Below, piece after piece: positions 7,620-17,432 of a DNA stretch of 19,667 nucleotides. The DNA is from a bacterium. Lineage in GTDB: Bacteria; UBA10199; 2-02-FULL-44-16; DYJF01. The notes beneath the pieces were generated by a model. It had not been told where the DNA came from and searched no databases. It saw only the letters and a program-made list of their open reading frames with translations. The position numbers and the translations under genes were made by a program. The stretch lies in contig JBGSNL010000043.1 in assembly GCA_041739675.1 (NCBI GenBank), positions 1 to 19,667 on the forward strand. The letters are read 5' to 3'. Positions within the stretch are counted from its first letter, which is position 1. Each line of letters starts with the position of its first letter.

Positions 7620-8261
7620 ATGGATCAGGCTCGCATCAGCGGTCTTTATGCAATCGCGGACATGAACTTCAACCCGTGCTCTTCGCTGCCGGAGCTCATT
7701 GGCAAATTCCTCATGGGAGGCTGCAAGATTGTGCAGCTTCGCATGAAATCCGCAAATGTCAGACCTTCGCTCTGGAACGACGAAGTTTTCGAGGCTGCAA
7801 AAGAAGTGATGGCCTTCAAGAAACATTTCGATTTCACGTTTATAATAAATGACTACGTCGACGTTGCGGCCGAGCTTAAGGCCGACGGCGTCCATGTCGG
7901 AAAAAACGACATGCCGGTCGAGAATGTCCGCAGCCGCGTGGGCAACCGGCTCCTGGTCGGCTATTCCTCCCACTCTCTTGAGGAGGCCGTGGCCGCAGAA
8001 AAATCCGGAGCCGACTACGTGGCGCTCGGCGCAATCTATCACACGAAGACGAAGGGGCCGGGCCATCCGATTGTGGGGTTGGAGACGCTCAGACAAGTGA
8101 CGCAAACTCTAAAGGTCCCCGTGGTCGCCATCGGCGGAATCAAGCGCGAAAATTACAAGGAAGTTTTGGACGCCGGCGCCTCCGCTGCCGCTATGATTAC
8201 CGCTTTAACTATGTCGAATGATATTGCCGGTGAAGCGCGCTGGTTTGCAGAGAACCGTTAA
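7620..8261 (+). CDS. thiE: Thiamine-phosphate synthase
   Basis: VQLRMK, FIIND, ADGVHVG, GADYVALGAIYHTKTK and PVVAIGGI motifs. GAGGAGG RBS. Confidence 0.95.
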   Translation: MDQARISGLYAIADMNFNPCSSLPELIGKFLMGGCKIVQLRMKSANVRPSLWNDEVFEAAKEVMAFKKHFDFTFIINDYVDVAAELKADGVHVGKNDMPVENVRSRVGNRLLVGYSSHSLEEAVAAEKSGADYVALGAIYHTKTKGPGHPIVGLETLRQVTQTLKVPVVAIGGIKRENYKEVLDAGASAAAMITALTMSNDIAGEARWFAENR

Positions 8262-9038
8262 ATGGAAAAGACAGTCCTCACTATTGCGGGTTCGGATCCG
8301 TCCGGCGGCGCCGGTGTCCAGGCGGATCTGCAGACGTTAGCGCATTTCGGCGTGACCGGCCTGTCGGCTATCACCGCGATCACGGCGCAAAACGCGGAGG
8401 CGGTTCTGGCGATCCATCCGACCCCGGCGGACGTTTTGACCCAACAGCTCTCCACCGCGTGCAAAGGCGTGAATCTCGATGCGATAAAGATAGGGATGGT
8501 GGCCACACAAGCCAACGTGAAGGCGCTCGTCTGGTTTTTGCATCACACGCCGTCGGATCAAATCGTGATAGATCCTGTTTTCCACTCGTCTTCCGGAACT
8601 CCGCTTCTCGAGACGAAAGCACTTGCCATTTTCAAACAGCAGCTTCTGCCTTTGGCCACGGTTATCACGCCCAACCTGCAGGAGGCCGGTGTGCTTGCGG
8701 GCATGCAGGTCGCCTCTCTCGATACGATGCGCCGTGCCGCAGAGACGATCCATCTTGAAACGATGAGATTTCGCGGAGACATCGAAAAACCCTTGGCCCT
8801 TCTGATCAAGGGCGGTCATCTTGAAGGGGACGCAGTGGACGTTCTTTATGACGGCGAAAAATATTTTTCCTTCCCCGCAAAAAGGATCGCCGGTCCGTCG
8901 CCGCGCGGTACGGGCTGCAGATTTTCATCGGCCATTGCGGCATGCCTGGCTTTGGGGGATGATTTGCAAACTTCAATCAGGAAGGCGAAAGAGTATCTTG
9001 CAAATTACATAGCGGGAACGAATAAATGGGCGAACTGA
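8262..9038 (+). CDS. thiD: Hydroxymethylpyrimidine/phosphomethylpyrimidine kinase
   Basis: VLTIAGSDPSGGAGVQADL, IKIGM, VIDPV, TPNLQEA, KGGH and GTGC motifs. Abuts thiE. Confidence 0.93.
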   Translation: MEKTVLTIAGSDPSGGAGVQADLQTLAHFGVTGLSAITAITAQNAEAVLAIHPTPADVLTQQLSTACKGVNLDAIKIGMVATQANVKALVWFLHHTPSDQIVIDPVFHSSSGTPLLETKALAIFKQQLLPLATVITPNLQEAGVLAGMQVASLDTMRRAAETIHLETMRFRGDIEKPLALLIKGGHLEGDAVDVLYDGEKYFSFPAKRIAGPSPRGTGCRFSSAIAACLALGDDLQTSIRKAKEYLANYIAGTNKWAN

Positions 9039-10732
9039 TTTTACGAGATGTTCTGGTCATCTTTCTGGTGGCGATACCGATTGTTCTCATCGCGCACCGG
9101 ATGAATTTGCCTTCCATTGTCGGTTTTCTTCTCACGGGAATCATCATAGGCCCTGAAGGGTTGGGGCTCATAAGCGACGCCGCCAGGATCGATATTTTGG
9201 CGGAAGTCGGAATCGCACTCCTTCTTTTTCACGTCGGTCTCGAATTCTCGGCGGGAAATTTAAGAGGGCTAAAAAAAGTTATCCTGGGAAGCGGCCTCAT
9301 CCAGCTCGTCGTCACCATTTGCGCGGGAATGGCGCTCGGTTTCGCTGCCGGCTGGCCTTTCACGCACGGCATTTTTTTCGGCTGCACCGCGGCGCTTTCA
9401 TCCACCGCAATTGCGCTCGCCTTCATGTCATACAAGAGATGGCTCGATTCGCCGGCGGGCAGGATATCGACAGGGATTCTCGTTTTGCAGGACCTTGCGG
9501 TCGTTCCGATGATTATCCTCATGCCTTTCATAGCGGCCGGCGCGGCGACATTCAGCGCGCGGACAGTTCTTCTCATACCGGTCTTAAAGATCGTCGCCGT
9601 TTTTGCGATTCTCTGGTTCGTCTTCAGGTTTATTTTGGGCTATCTCCTGCATCAGGTCGCGCACGTCGGGAGCAAGGAGCTCTTCATTATAGTTCTCGTC
9701 GGCATGGCGCTGGGCGTTGCGTGGTTCACGCAGCGGCTGGGCCTCTCTTTCGCGCTCGGCGCGTTTCTTTCCGGCCTCATGATCTCGGCTACGCCTTTCC
9801 GTTTTCACGCGCTCTCCGAGATGGGCCCGTTCCGGGCATGCGTGAGCGGCCTGTTCTTTGTCTCCATCGGGATGCTTATTTCTCCAACCTTCATCGCGGA
9901 AAATCTGGCACAGGTCGCGGCGCTTGTCGCCTTCGTCGTCATCGGAAAAACGGTAATAGCTGCGGGCTCCGTCTTGATCATGGGTTATCCTCTGGGCGTT
10001 GCGCTGACCGTGGGAATGCTTTTGGGACAGATGGGGGAGTTTTCGTTTTTGCTCACGCGCGTGGGATTTCGTGCGGGGATAATCGGCAGCGATCTCTACC
10101 AGCTCCTGATCGCCACGGCCGGCGTCACGATCGTCTTCTCGCCCATCATGATGGAGATCTCCGCGTTTGTAGGGCCGGCCCTCGGCCGCTTTTCGCCGCG
10201 GGGCTTGAGGCGCGCGGACGATCTCTTCGGTGTGCCGGGTGACGCAGCCCGCATGAAGGACCACGCGATCATCTGCGGGTTCGGGCCATTGGGAGAGACG
10301 ATCGGCCATCTGCTGAAAAAAAGCGGAATCTGCTACGTCGTCCTGGAGCTCAATCCGAAAACGGCCGAAAAGCTCAAGAAAGCGAAGTGCCCGGTCTACA
10401 TAGGGGATGGGGCCTCCGCGGAGCTTCTGTCCCATTCAGGAATTGAGAGCGCCAAACTTCTGGCGATTGCAGTTCCGGATTATGTCAATTCGCTTGCGAT
10501 CATAAGACAGGCGCGCCGATTGAATCCGCAGATCACGATCATCACGAGATCCAAATACCGCGACCACGTCGAAGACTTTTACGACGCCGGCGCCGATATA
10601 GTCGTATGCGAGGAGCTGGAGGCGGGTGTTGAAATGGGGCGGTACGTCCTTTTGGAGTTGGGCATCAAAGAGGAAGACGCTCGCCAGTTTGTCTCGGAAG
10701 TGCGCGCCTTCGGAAGTGCGGATTTCTTCTAA
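9026..10732 (+). CDS. CPA2-family cation:proton antiporter (Kef/YbaL-like) with C-terminal TrkA-N (KTN) domain
   Basis: Many hydrophobic segments, with GLEFS, LSSTA, ILVLQDL, LGAFLSG and GEFSF motifs. C-terminal Rossmann-like HAIICGFGPLG and YIGDG. Confidence 0.92.
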   Translation: MGELILRDVLVIFLVAIPIVLIAHRMNLPSIVGFLLTGIIIGPEGLGLISDAARIDILAEVGIALLLFHVGLEFSAGNLRGLKKVILGSGLIQLVVTICAGMALGFAAGWPFTHGIFFGCTAALSSTAIALAFMSYKRWLDSPAGRISTGILVLQDLAVVPMIILMPFIAAGAATFSARTVLLIPVLKIVAVFAILWFVFRFILGYLLHQVAHVGSKELFIIVLVGMALGVAWFTQRLGLSFALGAFLSGLMISATPFRFHALSEMGPFRACVSGLFFVSIGMLISPTFIAENLAQVAALVAFVVIGKTVIAAGSVLIMGYPLGVALTVGMLLGQMGEFSFLLTRVGFRAGIIGSDLYQLLIATAGVTIVFSPIMMEISAFVGPALGRFSPRGLRRADDLFGVPGDAARMKDHAIICGFGPLGETIGHLLKKSGICYVVLELNPKTAEKLKKAKCPVYIGDGASAELLSHSGIESAKLLAIAVPDYVNSLAIIRQARRLNPQITIITRSKYRDHVEDFYDAGADIVVCEELEAGVEMGRYVLLELGIKEEDARQFVSEVRAFGSADFF

Positions 10733-10832
10733 AAAGTCCCAAAAAATCACGCTTTACAACAATGTGTTCGCGGTGATATTCGGGCGCTCATCCAAGATGT
10801 TTTCAAACAGAAACTTTTTTAAGGAGGCGACT

Positions 10833-12089
10833 ATGCCTGAAGAGAAACTCAACCCGTTCAAGATTGCGCAGCAGCAGCTGGACGAGGCGGCAAAGATTCT
10901 GGGGCTCGATCCCGGAACGCACGCGGCCTTGAGGGAACCGATGCGCGAGCTCCACGTGTCGCTTCCGGTCCGTATGGACGACGGTACGGTGAAAGTCTTC
11001 AAGGGATTCCGCGTACAATATAACGATTCACGTGGCCCCACGAAGGGCGGTATACGCTTCCATCCGGAAGAGACGATCGACACGGTCCGCGCACTTGCGG
11101 CGTGGATGACGTGGAAGACGGCAGTGGTCGATATCCCGCTGGGCGGCGGCAAGGGCGGCATCATCTGCAATCCCAAAGAGATGAGCCCCAGCGAGATTGA
11201 AAGACTCTCGCGCCAGTACGTCCGCCAGGTCGGCAGGATCATCGGCCTCGAAAAGGACGTTCCGGCACCGGACGTCTACACCACTCCGCAGATCATGGCG
11301 TGGATGATGGACGAATACTATTGGCAGAAGGGTTACAACGAACCGGGAGTTATCACCGGCAAACCGCTTTCGCTCGGCGGCTCAAAGGGAAGAAACGACG
11401 CCACGGCGCGCGGCGGTGTTTATTGTGTGCGCGAAGCTGCAAAGAACCTTGGAATCAATCCTGCGAACACAACCTACGCGATTCAGGGTTTTGGAAATGC
11501 GGGCCAGTATGCTGCAACGCTCATGAACGAGATCCTGGGATCCAAGAAGCTTCTTGCAGTTTCCGATTCGAAGGGCGGAGTTTACAATCCTGAGGGAATC
11601 GATCCTGCAACGATCGTGAAATACAAGCTCGAGACCGGCGAAGTCAAAAATTTCCCGGGAACGAAGCCCATCACCAACGAAGAACTTTTGGAACTCAAGG
11701 TGGACATCCTCTTCCCGTCGGCGCTTGAGAACGTGATCACCGCGAAGAACGCGGGCAACATCAAGGCGAAGATCGTGGCAGAGCTCGCGAACGGCCCGAC
11801 AACCCCGGACGCGGACAATATTCTCTATAAGAACAACGTCTTCGTAATTCCCGATTTCCTGTGCAACGCGGGCGGCGTGACGGTCTCCTACTTCGAGATG
11901 GTGCAGAACAGCTACAACTTCTACTGGGAGCTGCCTGAAGTGCACGCGCGTCTGGATGAAAAGATGACAAAGGCCTTCACGGACGTTTACAAGATGCACA
12001 AGGATCGCAAGATCCACATGAGGTCCGCCGCGTACCTCGTCGCGGTCCAGAGAGTCGCCGAGGCGATGCGCTTCAGAGGCTGGGTATAG
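10833..12089 (+). CDS. gdhA: Glu/Leu/Phe/Val dehydrogenase, probable glutamate dehydrogenase (418 aa)
   Basis: Start at ATG 10833 after AAGGAGG. Motifs RGPTKGGIRFHP, GGGKGG, DVPAPDV, ITGKP, IQGFGNAG, ELANGPTT and NAGGVTVSYFE. Confidence 0.93.
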   Translation: MPEEKLNPFKIAQQQLDEAAKILGLDPGTHAALREPMRELHVSLPVRMDDGTVKVFKGFRVQYNDSRGPTKGGIRFHPEETIDTVRALAAWMTWKTAVVDIPLGGGKGGIICNPKEMSPSEIERLSRQYVRQVGRIIGLEKDVPAPDVYTTPQIMAWMMDEYYWQKGYNEPGVITGKPLSLGGSKGRNDATARGGVYCVREAAKNLGINPANTTYAIQGFGNAGQYAATLMNEILGSKKLLAVSDSKGGVYNPEGIDPATIVKYKLETGEVKNFPGTKPITNEELLELKVDILFPSALENVITAKNAGNIKAKIVAELANGPTTPDADNILYKNNVFVIPDFLCNAGGVTVSYFEMVQNSYNFYWELPEVHARLDEKMTKAFTDVYKMHKDRKIHMRSAAYLVAVQRVAEAMRFRGWV

Positions 12090-12093
12090 AAAG

Positions 12094-13851
12094 ATGGATG
12101 TCATAGGCGGCGGGCATATAGGCGGGAAGGCCAAGGGCTTCCTGCAGGCCAAGGATATATTGAGCGGGGGAAGGGCTCTCGAGCGCTTCCCCCGTGAAGT
12201 TCCTCTGCTGCGTTTTCCGGCCACGTTTTGCATCGGCACGCGCGTCTACGAGGATTTCATAAGCCGAAACAATCTCGAAGACGTCATCGCGCGCGCAAAA
12301 AATTCCATCGAAGACGAAGATTACGAACGCTTGAAGCAGCGCTTCTTCGCCGGCACTTTTCCGCAATCTGTCGTCAAAGAGTTGTCAAAACTTCTTGGTG
12401 AGATCACGTATCCCTTGGCCGTGAGATCGTCTTCCGTGCTGGAAGATCAGCCGGGCACCTCTTTTGCCGGAAAATACGACACGGTCTTCATAAGCAACCG
12501 CGGAACGTTAAACGAGCGCGTAGAGCAGCTTTTATCCGCCATCAAGGACGTCTTTGCCTCCACGTACAATCCGAGTGCGGTCAAGTATCGGGTGAAACAT
12601 CATCTGACGGAAGATGACGAGAAGATGGCGATCCTCCTTCAGGAGGCGATAGGTCTTGAGTTCGAAGGGTACTTCATGCCGCTCATGGCGGGCGTTGGAT
12701 TTTCCCAGAACGGTTACTGCTGGAACAAGGAAATCAGAAAAGAGGACGGGCTCGTGCGGCTGGTCTTCGGTCTCGGCACAAGGGCCGTGGGGCGCGGCTA
12801 CGCGAGACTCTTCTCGCCTAAAAAGCCCCTTGCGCGCCCGGAAGGCACGGATGTCCGCGAGATCGACAAGTTTTCGCAGGCGACGATCGACGCGCTGGAT
12901 CTCTCCGCCAACCGCATAGTCTCTTTTCACTTTTCAAAATTGGTGAGAAGCGGGCTCGATTCCTATCCGTGCGCCGAACGTCTCTTTTCGCTGCGCGACG
13001 CCAATCATCTTTACAGCCCTGTCACAAATATATGGAACCCGGAACACAAGCCGGTCCTCACGTTCGATCCGATCCTCACCAGCCCGTGGTGCGGTCTTTA
13101 TCTTCCCTCGGCCATGGATGCGGTCTTCAAAGCCCTTGAAGAGGGATTCGGTTTCCCGGTGGACGTCGAATTTGCCGTCCGCGTCGACGACAATCTCAAA
13201 GAGGCGCATCTTTATCTTGTTCAGGCCAGGCCCCTTTCCCAGCGTTCGTCGATGGCCCCCCATCCCATCCCGTATGACGTGGCCGAAGCCGACAAACTTT
13301 TTTCGGCAATAAAAAACATTCCTTCGGCCGTCATCCATAACATCGAATACATTGTCTATGTCGATTCGTTCCAGTACAACAAATGGCCGGTGGACGACAG
13401 ATATGAGGTGGCCAGAGTGGTGGGCAGGATCAACAGGCTCCTTGAGGGAAAGATTTTCATGCTCATGGGGCCGGGCCGGTGGGGATCGGCCAAAGTGGAG
13501 CTGGGCGTGCCTACAAAGTATTCGGAAATCTCAAATTGCGCGATTCTTGTGGAGATTGCGCGAAAGATGGAGCAGTACGTCCCCGAAGTCTCCTTCGGGA
13601 CGCATTTTTTTCAGGATCTGATCGAGGATTGCATCGTCTACATGCCGCTCTATCCGGACGAGCCCAATATCATCTTCAACGAGGAATTTTTGGCTAAACA
13701 TAACCTCTTCCGCGAGTTTTTCCCCGACGAATATCACGCCGCGTACGAGTCGCTCGTCCGCGTCATCCATATCCCGCAGGTGGCCAACGGCAGATTCGCT
13801 CAGGCCGTGCTCAACGGCGAAGCGGAACAGGCGCTGATTTATTTAAAATAA
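12094..13851 (+). CDS. PEP/pyruvate-binding (PPDK_N, ATP-grasp-like) domain protein with no evident phospho-His domain
   Basis: GGKAKG, AVRSSSVLED, SFAGKY, GLGTRAV, DVEFA and LVQARP motifs, then GPGRWGS and SFGTHFFQDL. No TSHAA(I)-type motif seen. Confidence 0.85.
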   Translation: MDVIGGGHIGGKAKGFLQAKDILSGGRALERFPREVPLLRFPATFCIGTRVYEDFISRNNLEDVIARAKNSIEDEDYERLKQRFFAGTFPQSVVKELSKLLGEITYPLAVRSSSVLEDQPGTSFAGKYDTVFISNRGTLNERVEQLLSAIKDVFASTYNPSAVKYRVKHHLTEDDEKMAILLQEAIGLEFEGYFMPLMAGVGFSQNGYCWNKEIRKEDGLVRLVFGLGTRAVGRGYARLFSPKKPLARPEGTDVREIDKFSQATIDALDLSANRIVSFHFSKLVRSGLDSYPCAERLFSLRDANHLYSPVTNIWNPEHKPVLTFDPILTSPWCGLYLPSAMDAVFKALEEGFGFPVDVEFAVRVDDNLKEAHLYLVQARPLSQRSSMAPHPIPYDVAEADKLFSAIKNIPSAVIHNIEYIVYVDSFQYNKWPVDDRYEVARVVGRINRLLEGKIFMLMGPGRWGSAKVELGVPTKYSEISNCAILVEIARKMEQYVPEVSFGTHFFQDLIEDCIVYMPLYPDEPNIIFNEEFLAKHNLFREFFPDEYHAAYESLVRVIHIPQVANGRFAQAVLNGEAEQALIYLK

Positions 13852-13868
13852 CCGTTTTAAGGGCCTTA

Positions 13869-13897
13869 TTGACAAGTTCCCGTTAAGACCATAGACG
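13869..13897 (+). promoter_or_regulatory. Possible sigma-70 promoter for hrcA (TTGACA-N17-TAGACG)
   Basis: Perfect TTGACA at 13869-13874 in the short intergenic gap. The -10 box is weak. Confidence 0.35.
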
Positions 13898-13908
13898 TAG
13901 GTCCCGAT

Positions 13909-14940
13909 ATGGCAGAACCCCTTTCAAAAAGAGATCAGGAGATCCTGGATATTCTCATATCCGACTATATCTCAACGGCCGCCCCGGTTGGTTCCAAGAC
14001 GATTGCCGGAAAACACAACGCCAATCTCTCTCCCGCGACGATAAGGAGCGTGATGGCCGATCTTGAGGAAAGGGGTCTTTTAAAGCAGCCCCATACGTCG
14101 GCGGGGCGCGTGCCCACTGCGGAGGGGCTCCGCTATTACGTCGATTGTCTTCTCCGTTGCCACGATCTTTCCAGAGATGAGCGCGAAAAGGTGAGAAGGT
14201 TCTACAATTCCAATGAACTCTCAGTCGATGAAGTGATCGGCCGGACCTCCAAACTTTTATCCACCATCTCCAACTATGTCGGCCTGATACAGACACCGGG
14301 CTGGGACAGAATCGTCTTCAAACAACTGGAATTCATCGCGTTATCGCGCGGCAGACTTTTGGGAATTTTTGTCTCGCAAGAGGGATTCGTCCAGAACAGG
14401 GTGATCGATGTCTCGGAAGAATATTCCTATCCCGATCTTGAAAGGATCAATCGTTATTGCAACAGCGCGTTTCTGGGCCTCACTCTGGAGGATGCGCGCG
14501 CCAAAATAGCAAGCGAGCTGGAGATCGCCAAAAGAGACTACGACCGACTGCTCGCCCGCGCTCTCGTTTTTTCGCAGGAGGTTTTTTCCGGCGTTCCGGA
14601 TTCGGATATCATAGTGGAGGGAGAAGAACACCTGATGGATTCGCCCGAATTTTCGGATACGGGAAGGCTCCGCGAACTCATCGAAGTGTTTGAAGAGAAA
14701 AAGGAGCTTTTGCATCTTCTCGACCGCTGCCGCGAGGTTGACGGCGTAAAAATTTTCATAGGCGCCGAGGCGGGCGGGGTTGCCGCTATGGAGCAGGTGA
14801 GCGTCATAACCGCGCCCTACAGGAAAGACGGCCACGTCATCGGGACCATCGGTGTAATAGGGCCCACCCGCATGGATTATTCGCGCGTCGTTCCGATCGT
14901 GGATTTCACCGCAAAAGTTTTGGAGGATATCTTAAATTGA
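13909..14940 (+). CDS. hrcA: Heat-inducible transcription repressor HrcA
   Basis: YISTAAPVGSK, LSPATIRSVMADLEERG, QPHTSAGRVPT, GLRYYVD and GVIGPTRMDY motifs. Confidence 0.97.
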   Translation: MAEPLSKRDQEILDILISDYISTAAPVGSKTIAGKHNANLSPATIRSVMADLEERGLLKQPHTSAGRVPTAEGLRYYVDCLLRCHDLSRDEREKVRRFYNSNELSVDEVIGRTSKLLSTISNYVGLIQTPGWDRIVFKQLEFIALSRGRLLGIFVSQEGFVQNRVIDVSEEYSYPDLERINRYCNSAFLGLTLEDARAKIASELEIAKRDYDRLLARALVFSQEVFSGVPDSDIIVEGEEHLMDSPEFSDTGRLRELIEVFEEKKELLHLLDRCREVDGVKIFIGAEAGGVAAMEQVSVITAPYRKDGHVIGTIGVIGPTRMDYSRVVPIVDFTAKVLEDILN

Positions 14941-15542
14941 ACATGAAAAAACCGACATCGAAGGTTGACGAGCTTCGGGATGCGCTGAAGGCGAAGAAAG
15001 ACGCGGAGGCGAAGGCCAGGTCCGAGGCCAGGGTTGAGGGCGAGGCCAAGGTTGAGGCCGAAGATCTTTCGGCTTCTATCAGGGCGGCCGAGCAGGAGGC
15101 GAAGCAGCACTACGACAAACTACTGCGTGTGATGGCCGAGTTTGAGAATTTCAAAAAACGCGTTTCGCGCGAGCATGAAGAAAAGTCAAAATACGCGAAT
15201 GAAAAGCTCATCGTCGAGATTCTTCCCGTGCTCGACGATTTTGACCGCCTGACCGATCACATCCCCGAAGATGCTCCGCAAGACGTGAAGGCAATCGCTG
15301 ACGGGGCCAATCTCATAAGAAGAACGCTCTTCAACGCTTTGGCAAAGTTCGGGGTCGGCGAGATCGATGCGCAGGGGAAAGAATTCGATCCCCAGTTGCA
15401 CGAAGCGGTTTCCTGCATCACGGACAACGAACACGGGGACAATCACATCATCGCCGTGCATCGCAAGGGTTATAAACTTGAAGACAGGGTTATAAGAGCG
15501 GCGCAGGTCGTGGTAACAAAGAAAGGTGAGTCCGATGCGTAA
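14937..15542 (+). CDS. grpE: Nucleotide exchange factor GrpE
   Basis: LRVMAEFENFKKR, ILPVLDDFDR, FDPQLHEA and KGYKLEDRVIRAAQVVV motifs. The start is TTG 14937 or ATG 14943. Confidence 0.96.
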   Translation: MNMKKPTSKVDELRDALKAKKDAEAKARSEARVEGEAKVEAEDLSASIRAAEQEAKQHYDKLLRVMAEFENFKKRVSREHEEKSKYANEKLIVEILPVLDDFDRLTDHIPEDAPQDVKAIADGANLIRRTLFNALAKFGVGEIDAQGKEFDPQLHEAVSCITDNEHGDNHIIAVHRKGYKLEDRVIRAAQVVVTKKGESDA

Positions 15543-17427
15543 AACTTGGTTGCTGCTGGGGGTGGTACTGGTTCTATGCGGTTGCGGCGGGATTGGCGGA
15601 CATCCCAGCTATCCAGATGCGCTTACACCGGAGAGCCAGCAGGTTTTCAATTCGGCCGAGGGACTTTACCAGGCGGGACGTTTCGACGAGGCTGACGCCG
15701 CGTACAAAAATTTCATAAACACTTTCGGTTACAACTCGCTGACGGATGATGCGCGCTTCAAACGGGGCGAAATAAGTTTCCAGAAGAAAAACTACGCTCA
15801 GGCGCTGGAGCTTTACAGACAGGCGTATTCGAACATTTATTCGCCGGCCGTTTCTCCGCGCGCGCAGTTCAAGGCGGCGTATTCATTATACCAGCTCAAA
15901 AAATTTGACGAGGCACGGCAGGAGGTTTTAAAAATATCGAGGCGCGACGCTTCGGCGGTTCTCCGCACGCGCGCCGACTCGCTGGGCGTTCTCTCGGTTC
16001 GTGCGGCCAAAGAGCCGGACGGGAACGCGATCCGTTTTTATCTCTTCCTGCTTGACGACTATGCGAACCTTTCCACGAACCGAGACGCCCTACAGGGTGT
16101 TCCCGACATTGTCTCCGAAGGGGAGGCGCTGTCCGCGGTGAGAAAATGGATAGGAGACGACAAGGTTACATCCGAACAGGTTGCCGCTCTTCCTCTCAAG
16201 GAATACAAAGGTAAAGTCTCCGGCGGATACGCGCAGTACAAGTATGGAAAGACCCTTAACAGGGAAGGCGATTTCGGTGGGGCTACGAAGGAGCTTAAAG
16301 GCTACGTCTCGGCATATCCCAAACACGAATATTATGATGCGGCAAAATCGCTTCTTGGAGAGACGGCAGGGCAGGCGGGAGAGGCGGCCGTGAAGGTGGG
16401 GCTCATTCTGCCATTGAGCGGCAAATACGGTATCTACGGCGAGTCGGTGGAGCACGGCGCGGAATGCGCCGCCGGAGTTTTCTCACCGTGCGAAGGGCCG
16501 GGAGGTTCGGCGCTCGTAATCCGTGATGCGGACGGAGATGCGGGGAGGATAGCCCAGGCGGTCGACGAACTTGTCGGCGCGAACGTCATTGCGATAATAG
16601 GTCCCATGCTCTCCTCGACCGTTGACGCCGCGGCAACAAGGGCGCAGCAGGTTCAAGTGCCCATGATCACGCTTTCCCAGCGCCCCGGCACGGCCGACAT
16701 CGGCGACTATATATTCAGAAACACAGTGGCGGCGGATTCTCAGGTTGGAACTATTGTGGATTATGCGGTCGGCAGGAAAAAACTGAAACGTTTTCTGGTT
16801 CTCTATCCGCAAAGCGAGCAGGGAAGGGAATACAAAGACCTCTTTGCGGACGCGGTGAGGCAGGCTGGCGGCAAAGTCGTGGCCGCGCACTCATATGCGT
16901 CGAGCCGGATCGAGTTCGCCTCCGACATAAGAACCCTTGACCTTGCGCCTAACGGCGAAAAGAATTTTGACGCGATTTTTATTCCCGACGCCTTTGGGCC
17001 CGCGGGTTACCTTGCTACAACTCTCGCGATGATGGGGATCGAAGGGGTGCCGCTTTTAGGAATCTCAAGATGGGACGATTCACGCCTCATAACCGCTGGC
17101 GGCAAATATGTCGAGGGAGCGGTTTTTCCGGAGGCGTTCTATAAGGGTTCGCAGGATCCGACGGTCCAGAGCTTTGTCAGCCAGTTCAATTCCGCGTACG
17201 GGATTGAGCCCACGCTCCTGGAGGCCCTGGGATACGATTCGATGAAGATGATTCTAGATGCGGTGAAAAACGGTGCGGCGCACCGCGAAACGTTGAAAGA
17301 TGCGCTGACCAGGATGTCCGACTTTCACGGCGTCACGGGCCGCACATCTTTCAACGCCAAACGCGATGCTGTAAGAGAGCTCCCGCTTCTGACAGTTTCA
17401 GGCGGGCAGATAAGACCGCTAAAATAG
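15535..17427 (+). CDS. Lipoprotein with N-terminal TPR-like repeats and C-terminal type-1 periplasmic-binding fold (LpoA/LppC-like PBP activator)
   Basis: Signal peptide MRKTWLLLGVVLVLCG|C with lipobox. TPR-like helices (A..Y..G.FDEA..AY). C-terminal KVGLILPLSG, AIIGP, FDAIFIPD and LGYDS. Confidence 0.8.
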   Translation: MRKTWLLLGVVLVLCGCGGIGGHPSYPDALTPESQQVFNSAEGLYQAGRFDEADAAYKNFINTFGYNSLTDDARFKRGEISFQKKNYAQALELYRQAYSNIYSPAVSPRAQFKAAYSLYQLKKFDEARQEVLKISRRDASAVLRTRADSLGVLSVRAAKEPDGNAIRFYLFLLDDYANLSTNRDALQGVPDIVSEGEALSAVRKWIGDDKVTSEQVAALPLKEYKGKVSGGYAQYKYGKTLNREGDFGGATKELKGYVSAYPKHEYYDAAKSLLGETAGQAGEAAVKVGLILPLSGKYGIYGESVEHGAECAAGVFSPCEGPGGSALVIRDADGDAGRIAQAVDELVGANVIAIIGPMLSSTVDAAATRAQQVQVPMITLSQRPGTADIGDYIFRNTVAADSQVGTIVDYAVGRKKLKRFLVLYPQSEQGREYKDLFADAVRQAGGKVVAAHSYASSRIEFASDIRTLDLAPNGEKNFDAIFIPDAFGPAGYLATTLAMMGIEGVPLLGISRWDDSRLITAGGKYVEGAVFPEAFYKGSQDPTVQSFVSQFNSAYGIEPTLLEALGYDSMKMILDAVKNGAAHRETLKDALTRMSDFHGVTGRTSFNAKRDAVRELPLLTVSGGQIRPLK

Positions 17428-17432
17428 AGGTC

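Noticed and set aside
10626..10832. N-terminal extensions in the ORF track (gdhA from 10626, member 3 from 1817, member 4 from 3675)
   Set aside because: Downstream ATGs have strong RBSs, and the extensions overlap upstream genes or the promoter-like motif.
15024..15059. Imperfect 18-bp tandem duplication in grpE (EARVEG/EAKVEA)
   Set aside because: It lies in the variable, disordered GrpE N-terminus, is in frame and is unremarkable.
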